Below, piece by piece: positions 9,221 to 17,930 of a stretch of 64,000 nt of DNA. Within the stretch, counting starts at the first letter, position 1, and each line of letters starts with the position of its first letter. This DNA is from an uncultured Vicinamibacterales bacterium. Its GTDB lineage: Bacteria; Acidobacteriota; Vicinamibacteria; Vicinamibacterales; UBA8438. Made by a program: the position numbers and the translations under genes. The notes beneath the pieces were generated by a model. It was not told the DNA's origin, searched no databases, and was given only the letters and a program-made list of their open reading frames with translations. The stretch covers positions 5,812,367 through 5,876,366 of the forward strand of contig OY282382.1 in assembly GCA_958295905.1 (NCBI GenBank), written 5' to 3'.

Positions 9221-9310
9221 CGGCGCGAGGTGACGAAGGTGCGGCACTACCATCTGGACGTCGGTGCCATGACGGAGCCGATGCGGGGCGCGCAGCAGCC
9301 GCCGAAGTGA
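9221..9310 (+). pseudogene. 3'-terminal remnant of a second DUF3883 helicase gene
   Basis: cggcgcgaggtgacgaaggtgcggcactaccatctggacgtcgg aligns with 5637-5680. It encodes REVTKVRHYHLDVGA versus WREVTTVRHYYLNVGA and ends in TGA. Confidence 0.7.
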
Positions 9311-9341
9311 CGGCGAACAACGCTGAGGCCAAGCTCTGCCG

Positions 9342-9740
9342 ATGGTTCGTGAACCGGCGCCGCTCGGGAAGGACCGCGTGAGCCGCAAGGGCGCCGGAGA
9401 CGACCGGCAACGTCACGGCGGATCGACCCTCGACCCGCGCACGTTGGACGAGATCATCCGGCGTGTCGTTGAAGTTGCGCAACCGGAGCGGATCATCCTG
9501 TTCGGGTCGGCCGCCCGCGGGGAAATGACGCGCCGTAGTGACGTGGATCTGCTGATTGTCGCCGATGGCGCGGATGCTCTCGAGCTGATGTCCCGGATCT
9601 ACGGCCGCTTGCGGGGCGTAGGCGTCGCGGTCGATGCGCTGGTGGTTTCCGCCGCCGACGTGGCGCGCTACCACGACCGCCATACGCTGATCATCAGGCC
9701 GGCTCTGCGTGAGGGAAGGACCGTGTATGAATCCGCCTGA
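9342..9740 (+). CDS. MNT-type nucleotidyltransferase (intact copy)
   Basis: 132-aa ORF. ILFGSAARGEMTRRSDVDLLIV is the minimal NTase motif (GS...DxD). No adjacent HEPN ORF was seen. Confidence 0.8.
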   Translation: MVREPAPLGKDRVSRKGAGDDRQRHGGSTLDPRTLDEIIRRVVEVAQPERIILFGSAARGEMTRRSDVDLLIVADGADALELMSRIYGRLRGVGVAVDALVVSAADVARYHDRHTLIIRPALREGRTVYESA

Positions 9741-9785
9741 GCGTCCGCCCCCCGGAGCCGTCGTCCGCTGGGTCGAGGAGCAACG

Positions 9786-12700
9786 GTGATCCCGCGCGAG
9801 TGCAAGCGCCTCGCCGAGGTGGACTTCCCCATCTCCGTCGTGTCGAAGCACGCGGCGCGGGAGAAGTCGATCCGGCACGGGCATCCGTCGACGCTGCACC
9901 TGTGGTGGGCGCGCCGGCCGCTGGCGTCGAGCCGGGCGGTGCTGCTGGCGCTGCTGCTACCCGATCCGTGCGACGCGCACTGCCCGAAAGCGTTCAGGGC
10001 CGCGGCGCGCCGGATTCTTCTCGGGATGCCCGGGCGTCCGCACGGATGGGCGGACACCATGGACACGGACCTGGGGTTGCGACGGGTCGTGCTGGCGTTC
10101 ATCGGCCGGTTCGCCGACTGGAACAACGCCGCGGATGCGGCGCATCTCAACGCCGGCCGCGCCCTGGTGCAGGCCGCCCACGGCAACGAGGCGCCGCTCG
10201 TCGTGGACCCGTTCGCGGGCGGCGGGTCGATTCCGTTGGAGGCGCTGCGGCTCGGCTGCGAGGCGTTCGCGAGCGATCTGAACCCGGTGGCGTGCCTTAT
10301 CCTGAAGGTGATGCTGGAGGACATCCCGCGTCACGGACCGGGGTTGGCCGACGAGCTGCGCCGGGTGGGCGGAGAAGTCAAGGCGGCGGCGGAGAAGGCA
10401 CTGGCAGACCTCTACCCGCCGGACCCGGACGGCGCCACCCCGATCGCGTACCTGTGGGCGCGGACCGTGCGCTGCGAGGCGCCGAACTGCGGCGCTGAGA
10501 TCCCGCTGATGCGCTCGTTCTGGTTGTGCAAGAAGGCGCGGCGAAAGCGGGCGCTGCGGCCTCACGTCGTGCGGTCCGGGGGCGAGCCGCCGCGGGTCGC
10601 CTTCGAGATCTTCGAGCCCGCAGCCGACCGGGAAGTGGGCGCGGGCACGGTGGCGCGGGCGAAGGCGGCGTGCCCGTGCTGTCACGTCGTCCTGCCGCCC
10701 GAGCGGGTCCGGGCGCAGCTCGCCGCGCAGCGGGGCGGCGCGGACGTGGTGTTCGACGCCGCCGGCCGGCGCATCGGCGGCGCGCGCCTGACGGCGGTGG
10801 TGACGCTCCGACCGGGCGAGAAGGGCCGGCACTACCGGCCGGCGGCCGAGGCGGACTACGCGGCGGTGCGCGCGGCGCAGGCGCGACTGGCGGGGATGCT
10901 CGATGCGTGGGAGCGCGGCGGGAAACAGGGGTTGTGTCCGGTGCCGGACGAGCCGCTGCCGCCGATCGGTACGTTGGGCTTTCGTGTGCAACGCTACGGC
11001 ATGCTCCGATGGGGCGATCTGTTCACGGCGCGACAGAAGGTGGCGTTGGTAGAGTTGGGGAATTGCTTTGCTCTTGCCCCGGGGGATCCCAAGACGGGGA
11101 ATAACAGTTTTGTTCAAATGTTGTCTTGTGGAATCGGCAAACGTGCTGATTACGCGAGTTCGGGAACGAAATGGCATCTAACGTTTGAGAAAACCACGTG
11201 CACGTTCGGCCGACAGGCGATCCCGATGACATGGGATTTCGTTGAACCGATTCCAATCGGTGAAACGTCGGGCGCATTTGGAGCGGGACTTTCCTCTGTT
11301 TACAGTGCCGTCGAGAATCTGACCAAGTCGATTGATTCCAATGGAAAAGCAGGGCAGGTGCAGCAAGATGACGCGACGAACCACGCCCTCCCCGACCAAA
11401 CCGCCGACGTCTGGTTCACCGATCCGCCCTACTACGACGCGATTCCCTACTCGGACCTCTCCGACTTCTTCCTCGTCTGGCTCAAGCGCGCCCTGCCTGG
11501 CCACCCATTGCTGCGCGACCCTTTCGATCCGGACAACCCGCTGTCGCCCAAGACCCGCGAAGCGGTGCAGGACGAGACGAAGACGTGCGACGGGCGCGTC
11601 AAGGACCGCGCGTTCTTCGAGGACACGATGGGCGCCGCCTTCGCCGAGGGCCGCCGCGTCCTGAACGAGGACGGCGTCGGCTCGGTGGTCTTCGCCCACA
11701 AGACCACCGAAGGCTGGGAGGCGCTGCTCGCCGGCATGATCCGCGGCGGCTGGACCATCACCGGTTCCTGGCCGATCGCGACCGAGCGCCCCGGCCGTCT
11801 GCGGTCGCAGGACTCCGCCGCGCTCGCCACCAGCATCCACCTGATCTGTCGCCCCCGCCCCGGCGACGCGCCGGTGGGCGACTGGGCGGACGTGCTGCGC
11901 GCCCTGCCGCCGCGGGTCGGCGAGTGGATGGAGCGCCTGCAGGGCGAGGGCGTCCGCGGCGCCGACCTCGTGTTCGCCTGCATCGGTCCGGCGCTGGAGA
12001 TCTTCAGCCGCCACCCGCGGGTGGAGACGGCGGACGGACGTGAGGTGGGGCTGGCGGCGTATCTCGAAAAGGTGTGGGAGGTCGTCGGCCGCACCGCGCT
12101 GGAGAACGTCCTCGGCGCGGCCGAAGCGCAGGCCCGGAACGGACTCGCCGGCGCGCTGGAGGAGGACGCGCGGCTGACGGCGCTCTTCCTCTGGACGCTC
12201 CAGGCGACCGGCGCCGGAGAGATCCGGGACGCCGGCGACGGCGGGGATGCGCCGGCCGCGGGCGCGAACGGCGACGATGCGCCCGGCGACAAGGCGGGTG
12301 GCTTCTCGCTCGTCTTCGACGTCGTGCGCCGCTTCGCGCAGCCGCTCGGCATCGACCTCCCGAAGTGGGAGAAGCGCACCATCGAGACGAGGAAGGGCGT
12401 GGTCCGGCTGCTGCCGGTGGCCGAGCGGGCGCAGCAGCTCTTCGGCGAAGGCGGGTCGCAGGCGGTCGCCGCATGGATCGAGCACGCGGCGGCCGGCGCC
12501 GGTCCGCTCCAGGGCGCGTTGTTTCCCGACCGCCGGGAAACCGCGGCGGCCGGCGTCCGCGAGCGGCCACCGGGATACGGCGCCGCCGGGGGTCCGGCCG
12601 ACGATCGTGCCGCGGCGGCTTCCGGCGACACGACCTTGGACCGCGTCCACCGCGGGATGCTGCTTCAGGCCGGCGGGCAGACGAACGCGCTGCACGCGCT

Positions 12701-12827
12701 GTTGAAGGCCGAGCTGCAGCGCGGCCCCGACTTCCTGCGCCTGTCGAACGCGCTGTCCGCGCTCTATCCGCGCGGCAGCGAAGAGAAGCGCCTGCTCGAC
12801 GCCATGCTCCTGGCGGTTCCGCGGTAG
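9786..12827 (+). CDS. DUF1156 domain-containing DNA methyltransferase (DPPY, N6A/N4C type) with Zn-ribbon
   Basis: 1013-aa ORF. The N-terminal KRLAEVDFPI...SIRHGHPSTLHLWWARRP matches DUF1156. Motif I is DPFAGGGS and motif IV is TDPPYYD. Cys pairs CEAPNC ... CPCC are present. Confidence 0.9.
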   Translation: MIPRECKRLAEVDFPISVVSKHAAREKSIRHGHPSTLHLWWARRPLASSRAVLLALLLPDPCDAHCPKAFRAAARRILLGMPGRPHGWADTMDTDLGLRRVVLAFIGRFADWNNAADAAHLNAGRALVQAAHGNEAPLVVDPFAGGGSIPLEALRLGCEAFASDLNPVACLILKVMLEDIPRHGPGLADELRRVGGEVKAAAEKALADLYPPDPDGATPIAYLWARTVRCEAPNCGAEIPLMRSFWLCKKARRKRALRPHVVRSGGEPPRVAFEIFEPAADREVGAGTVARAKAACPCCHVVLPPERVRAQLAAQRGGADVVFDAAGRRIGGARLTAVVTLRPGEKGRHYRPAAEADYAAVRAAQARLAGMLDAWERGGKQGLCPVPDEPLPPIGTLGFRVQRYGMLRWGDLFTARQKVALVELGNCFALAPGDPKTGNNSFVQMLSCGIGKRADYASSGTKWHLTFEKTTCTFGRQAIPMTWDFVEPIPIGETSGAFGAGLSSVYSAVENLTKSIDSNGKAGQVQQDDATNHALPDQTADVWFTDPPYYDAIPYSDLSDFFLVWLKRALPGHPLLRDPFDPDNPLSPKTREAVQDETKTCDGRVKDRAFFEDTMGAAFAEGRRVLNEDGVGSVVFAHKTTEGWEALLAGMIRGGWTITGSWPIATERPGRLRSQDSAALATSIHLICRPRPGDAPVGDWADVLRALPPRVGEWMERLQGEGVRGADLVFACIGPALEIFSRHPRVETADGREVGLAAYLEKVWEVVGRTALENVLGAAEAQARNGLAGALEEDARLTALFLWTLQATGAGEIRDAGDGGDAPAAGANGDDAPGDKAGGFSLVFDVVRRFAQPLGIDLPKWEKRTIETRKGVVRLLPVAERAQQLFGEGGSQAVAAWIEHAAAGAGPLQGALFPDRRETAAAGVRERPPGYGAAGGPADDRAAAASGDTTLDRVHRGMLLQAGGQTNALHALLKAELQRGPDFLRLSNALSALYPRGSEEKRLLDAMLLAVPR

Positions 12828-12847
12828 ACGAAGAGGGGGGCGACGTC

Positions 12848-14194
12848 GTGAACCAAGTCACGCTGGAGAACTTTCGTTGCTTCGGGGACCGCCAGCACGC
12901 CCGTCTGGCGCCGCTCACGCTGCTCGTGGGCGAGAACAGCACCGGCAAGACCTCGTTCATGGCGCTGATTCGCGCCCTGTGGGATGCCGCGCACCTGGAA
13001 ACGATTCCGGACTTCAAGGAAGCGCCGTACGATCTGGGCAGCTTCGACGAGATCGCGCACTACCGCGGGGGGAGAGGCGGGCGGGCGGCCGAGTTCGAGG
13101 CGGGATTCGAGGGCGTCCCGGACATCGCGCTCCCGGGCAAGACGCGCAGATCAGCGAACGGAAGATCTCATCGCTTCGAGATTGCGTTCAGTCGCAAGGG
13201 CCCCGCTCCGGTACCGACGAGACGGCGGCTGGAGAGCGGGGACGTTTCCATTACGGAACAGGTTGCGGAAGATCGGTCTCGGGAAATCGGCTTTCGGACC
13301 GCGAACGGCGAATGGTCGTGGCAGGTGTCTGCCGCCGGGTTGCGCGCGGACCGTAACATGATGCCGCACATCATCCTCCAACTGGGGTTGACCGAGCCCA
13401 CGAGCGTCGAGCCGCTCCCGGGTTCTCCACCGCTCACCGACGATGATCGAAAACAGCTCCAACGACTTCTGTTGGGCTTCGATGCGGTTGCCAGACCGAG
13501 GCCGTTCGCCAGCTCCCCGGTGCGCTCCAAGCCGCGGCGAACCTACGATCCGTCCCGCCCGGTCCGGGATCCCGAAGGCGAGACGATCCCGATGTACCTC
13601 TCCACCGCCTTTTTCGAGGACAAGAAGTCGTGGAATACATTGAAAGAGGCGCTGGAGAGGTTCGGACGCAAGGCGGGACTCTTCGACGAAATAGCCGTCA
13701 AGCCGCTGGGAAAGCGAGGCAGCGAGCCTTTCCAGATGCACGTCAGGAAGTTCGGACCCGGCGCGAAGGGGCTGAAGGGGCCGATGCGCAACCTGATCGA
13801 CGTCGGCTACGGCGTGAGCCAGGTGCTGCCGGTCATCACCGAGCTGTTCCGGGACGATGAGACGCCCATGTTCCTGTTGCAACAGCCGGAGGTTCATCTC
13901 CATCCCAGCGCCCAGGCCGCGCTCGGCAGCCTGTTCTGCCAGATCGCCGGCAAGCGACGGCAGCTTGTGATCGAGACACACAGCGACCACCTGCTCGACC
14001 GCGTGCGCATGGACGTGCGCGACGGGAAAACGAAGCTGAAGCCCGACGACGTGTCGATTCTGTTCTTCGAGCGCGTCAACCTCGACGTGAAGATTCATTC
14101 GCTGCGATTCGACGGAGAAGGTAACGTGCTGGGCGCGCCCGCGAGCTATCGCCGCTTCTTCATGGCGGAGACGAACCGGTCACTGGGGTTGTAG
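12848..14194 (+). CDS. ABC-type ATPase with DUF3696-like C-terminus
   Basis: GTG at 12848 in the frame of ORF 12074-14194. Walker A GENSTGKTS, Walker B LLQQPEVHLHP, then IETHSDHLLDRV and a DUF3696-like tail. Confidence 0.8.
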   Translation: MNQVTLENFRCFGDRQHARLAPLTLLVGENSTGKTSFMALIRALWDAAHLETIPDFKEAPYDLGSFDEIAHYRGGRGGRAAEFEAGFEGVPDIALPGKTRRSANGRSHRFEIAFSRKGPAPVPTRRRLESGDVSITEQVAEDRSREIGFRTANGEWSWQVSAAGLRADRNMMPHIILQLGLTEPTSVEPLPGSPPLTDDDRKQLQRLLLGFDAVARPRPFASSPVRSKPRRTYDPSRPVRDPEGETIPMYLSTAFFEDKKSWNTLKEALERFGRKAGLFDEIAVKPLGKRGSEPFQMHVRKFGPGAKGLKGPMRNLIDVGYGVSQVLPVITELFRDDETPMFLLQQPEVHLHPSAQAALGSLFCQIAGKRRQLVIETHSDHLLDRVRMDVRDGKTKLKPDDVSILFFERVNLDVKIHSLRFDGEGNVLGAPASYRRFFMAETNRSLGL

Positions 14195-14195
14195 G

Positions 14196-14669
14196 GTGTG
14201 CGCCATTCTCGACGCCAACGTGGCCGGACAGGTGTTCGGCACAGACCGTCCCGCCGCCGGGCAGGCGTTCTTCGAGTGGATCGACTCGGGCCGCGGACGC
14301 TTGGTGGTCGGCGGCAGGTTGCGGCAAGAACTCGACAGGAACCACGCCTTCAGGGAATGGCGTCGTCAGGCGGTGCTGGCCGGGCGGATCAAGCTCTTGA
14401 ACGATGAGGCGGTGGACGGCAGGGCCAGGCAACTCGAGCAGGACAACGCTTGCCGCTCGGACGATGAGCACGTCGTCGCCGTCGCGCAACTCGGCGGGGC
14501 GCGTTTGCTGTACTCGAACGACGACGCTTTACAGAAGGATTTCGGCAACAAGGATCTGATTGACCGCCCGCGCGGAAAGGTGTACTCGACGCAAAGACAC
14601 GACCACCTGAGGCCGGAGCATCGACGGCTGCTGGCAAACCGCAACCTGTGCGGGACTGGCGGCCAATGA
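14196..14669 (+). CDS. PIN-like domain protein
   Basis: Starts 1 nt after the ATPase stop. The acidic positions ILDANV, SDDEHVVAVA and SNDDAL are spaced as in PIN-fold nucleases. Confidence 0.55.
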   Translation: MCAILDANVAGQVFGTDRPAAGQAFFEWIDSGRGRLVVGGRLRQELDRNHAFREWRRQAVLAGRIKLLNDEAVDGRARQLEQDNACRSDDEHVVAVAQLGGARLLYSNDDALQKDFGNKDLIDRPRGKVYSTQRHDHLRPEHRRLLANRNLCGTGGQ

Positions 14670-14756
14670 GAGCGGAACAGGATCGAGCCCAGAAGCTACC
14701 ACGAAACGCCCGGCCTATCAGCGCCGCACGGACGGGCGCCATCGCCGCCAGCAGGG

Positions 14757-15173
14757 TTATCCTCGACTCCTCTCGAGCCTGAGGGCAGCCAGCAGGAAGT
14801 ACATGGCATAAAGACGGTTTGGATAACGATAACCGCCTCGATCGCCGGGGTCCGGCTCCAGGGCCCCCAGCTTCTTCATGCGTCGCAGGAAGTTGTCCAG
14901 GACCTTGCTTTCCGCGTCCGTCAGATACTCCAGAAGATCCGCTCTCCGGAAGCGCATTTCCAGCGGTTTCCGCTCGGCGATCTTCCGGAGAATCGAGAGA
15001 TAGTGCTTGCTGTAAATGGCTTCGACGATCTGGGGGGCCAGAAATTTTCGTCCGATCACTTCCGCTGCGGCAACGATGCCGCTTACGGTATCGTCCCGCC
15101 TGATCTCCAGGGTCGCGGCGGCGCGCCAGACGGCGTCACCGATCTCGTGCGCCAGAACGGGCAGTCCGCCCGT
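14757..15173 (-). pseudogene. C-terminal part of an ORC/Arch-type AAA ATPase split by an IS
   Basis: (V)TGGLPVLAHEIGD... continues ...MVSFTGG from 16464-17246. The 9-bp duplication encodes TGG. Confidence 0.8.
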
Positions 15174-16463
15174 CACTAGTGTCCCACAATTTTGGCGATT
15201 CTAGGCCCACATCAGCGGCAGTTGGGGGCCGGGAGGGCTGGAAGGACCGGGTGGCGACGGCGTCGTGAAGAGCTCCTGGAGTAGGCGACGTTCGAACACG
15301 TTGAGCTGGAGCACCTGCAGCATCCGGTGAAGGCTCCAACTCACTCGCATGACGAACTTGAGATACGCCAACAGCAAGTACATGCACATCGCCACCCATA
15401 GCTGCGTCATGACCGCGTTCTTCGACCGGCCCACGAACCGCTTCACCTTCAGATGCTGCTTGATCCACTTGAAAAACAGCTCGATCTGCCACCGGGATTT
15501 GTAGATGTCCGCAATCGTCTTGGCCACCCACGTCGTGTTGTTGGTCACGAACACGTACCGGTTCTTCGTCACCGGGTCCTTGTAGACCACCCGCCGCAGC
15601 GGCGCGGCATACGCCTTCCGGCCGCGAGCGCTCGTCAGCTCGATCGTCTCGTCGCTGATGACGCCGGTCCCGCGGCGGACGCCGTGCGTGTCCGTGACCC
15701 GATACCGCACGCCCCGCTTCAGGCGCGTCACGAAGGTCACGCCCTGCGCCTGCAACTGATGGAACCACTTGAAGTCCATATACGCCCGGTCCGCCACGAC
15801 CACGCTGCCGGCCGGAAATATCCAGGTGCGGACGACCGTGACATCGGCGGTCTTGCCTTCGGTCACACTGACGAAGCTCGGTAGATGGCCCGCCTCATCC
15901 AGACCGACGTGCAGCTTGATGGCCGCCTTCGTGCGTCGAAACGTCGCCCACGGGAAGACCGCCAGACATAAATCGATGGTGGACGCATCGACGGCGTACA
16001 ACTTGTTCTTGAATCGAAAGCCGTGCCTCGGCGCGTGCTCCCGGCAGCGGCCCAACAGGCGTTCGAACAGCGCTTCGTAGAGGGTGTACGGCTGTTCGGT
16101 ATTGACCCGGGCCAACGACGAGCGGCTGACCGTCCCCACGCCGAGGTGATAGAGTTTGCGTCCTTGGGCGGCCAGGTTGCTCACGATATCCCGCAGGCTC
16201 TGTCGGCCCGTCAACTGCGCCAAGCCAAGGGCCGCGAACTGCGCCCAGCGGCTCATGACGCGCAACCCCTGACCGCGCTGGTGCCGGCGAGCTTCGGCCT
16301 CGAATTCATGTCTCGGAAGGAACTTGAGAAGCTGCGCGAAGACTGTGTTATGATGAGCCACGGCTTGGATCTCCTGTCTTTTGAATGACTTATGCTACCA
16401 ATCATTCTATCAGACATGGAAGGTTCAAGCCGCCTTCACCTGAAGGTGTGTGGGACAGAAGTG
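15174..16463 (-). mobile_element. IS4-family insertion sequence (1290 bp)
   Basis: Terminal inverted repeats CACTAGTGTCCCACA and CACTTCTGTCCCACA. The 9-bp target duplication tccgcccgt is at 15165-15173 and 16464-16472. Confidence 0.85.
15201..16361 (-). CDS. IS4-family DDE transposase
   Basis: 386-aa ORF. The layout is DUF4372-like N-terminus plus DDE_Tnp_1. YAVDASTIDL, VVADRAY and YKSRWQIELFFKWIKQHL are typical motifs. Confidence 0.9.
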   Translation of the reverse strand: MAHHNTVFAQLLKFLPRHEFEAEARRHQRGQGLRVMSRWAQFAALGLAQLTGRQSLRDIVSNLAAQGRKLYHLGVGTVSRSSLARVNTEQPYTLYEALFERLLGRCREHAPRHGFRFKNKLYAVDASTIDLCLAVFPWATFRRTKAAIKLHVGLDEAGHLPSFVSVTEGKTADVTVVRTWIFPAGSVVVADRAYMDFKWFHQLQAQGVTFVTRLKRGVRYRVTDTHGVRRGTGVISDETIELTSARGRKAYAAPLRRVVYKDPVTKNRYVFVTNNTTWVAKTIADIYKSRWQIELFFKWIKQHLKVKRFVGRSKNAVMTQLWVAMCMYLLLAYLKFVMRVSWSLHRMLQVLQLNVFERRLLQELFTTPSPPGPSSPPGPQLPLMWA

Positions 16464-17246
16464 TCCGCCCGTAAACGAGACCATGCGCTGGACATCGTCC
16501 GTAGAAATTGTCGCGTTGCCGGCCTGAAACGATTGCCGATAGAAATCCGAGACCTCGCCGTCCGACCAGGGCGCAATGTCGATCAACTCGAAGACGCGCG
16601 CCAGCGACGGTTGTTTCGCCAACAGCTCCCGCCGTCTCTCTTCGAGACCAACGACGACTACGCAAAGCTTCGTCGTCTCGTCGGACGTGGCGATCTCGTC
16701 CACGAAACTCTTGAGCCAATTGGCGAACCGTTCGGAACCCGCGAGACCGTTGATGTCGTCCAGGATCAACAGGATGGATTCCCGGCCCGTCCTTTCCGTC
16801 AGTTGCCTGATCAATGACGCGAAGTTGCGTTCCATGGATTCCAGATCGTCACGACGAAGATCAAGCTCCAGCGAGACGCCGAACAGTCCGACCTTGCGGA
16901 CGCGATCGCCGAAAAAGTCCAGCGTGTGCTGGTGCCACGATCGGGAGACGCTCTGTTTCAGAAGGCTGTTGAACGTCTGCCGCAGCATTTCTCTCAGGTC
17001 CTGAACGCCTCCCAGGAAAACGTGACATCCGATGGCGTCGTTGTCTATTTCCACCAAGCGGCGGACGAACGCCGTCAACGAACTTTTGCCGATCCCCCTT
17101 TCACCGCTGACGAAACCAATCCGAAAGCGCCCCCGCGCACTGGCGGCGACCATGCCGCGCAGGCGCTCTGTCTCGGCTGTCCGCCCCATGAATAACTCGA
17201 CGGGCACAAGCTGACCGGGCGTGAACGGACTGGATTCAGGATCCAT
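16464..17246 (-). pseudogene. N-terminal part of an ORC/Arch-type AAA ATPase split by an IS
   Basis: FMGRTAETERL...GFVSGERGIGKSSL (Walker A) and LLILDDIN (Walker B). The reading frame runs into the IS end. Confidence 0.8.
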
Positions 17247-17930
17247 TTATCCGTCTCCGTGAGGTGGTCTCAGTTCTGGACAGTTCGAGGGCTTCGGCAA
17301 TGTATTCCGGTTGCCCGTCACCCCCTCGCGGTCGCCGTCTCCCGCGCAGACCGCCCGTCGCCAAGGTCGGCGCTACTCGTGTTCAAAAGGGGATGCCATC
17401 CCGTTCGGAGAGTCCCTTATTCTTGACGCCTTCCCGATCATCGTGCGCCCCTGTTCCCGCCCCCGGTCCAACCTTGGCACGCCCGCCCGACAACGCGGAT
17501 TGGCCCGATTCCGCCCCGTCGCAGCGCGCGACGCCCGGATTCGCGGCACGGTAGCCCACGCGAGACGAGATCGTCAAGGTCGAACGGCGGGCCCAGGGCG
17601 CACGTCGAGCGGGTTTACTCGTCCAGATACAACCACGAACCCGCCCGGCGTGGTAGACTACTCACGGCTTCCCGGGCAAGGGAACGGAGCGCCCAGAACT
17701 CCCTCTGCCGTAATCGGGTCAGGCGCGCCCGCGGGAAGCCTCTTCCTCATTCCCCCTCGGCGCGGTAGAACGACACGAGCGACGGCGAAGCCGGGCACCC
17801 TCGCCGCCGCGCAGGTCGGCCGCCTGCGCCCGAAACGTCTCGGAGTGCTCGCGCACCGCTGGATACAAGACGCCGCGGTTCGCACCCGCTGGAGAATGGC
17901 ACGCTTTTCGCGGCGCACCACCACGGGCTG

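Noticed and set aside
6576-9786. Search for a HEPN partner of the MNT genes and for an attachment site or tRNA at the island borders
   Set aside because: No ORF with an Rx4-6H motif lies adjacent to either MNT copy. No tRNA-like sequence or integrase is at the island edges, so no integrative-element boundary can be claimed.
17700-17930. IS91/Y2-transposase N-terminal remnant on the minus strand (…GVLYPAVREHSETFRAQAA…)
   Set aside because: It is only a short, loosely similar stretch with frame breaks and no zinc-binding Cys cluster. It is too weak to annotate.
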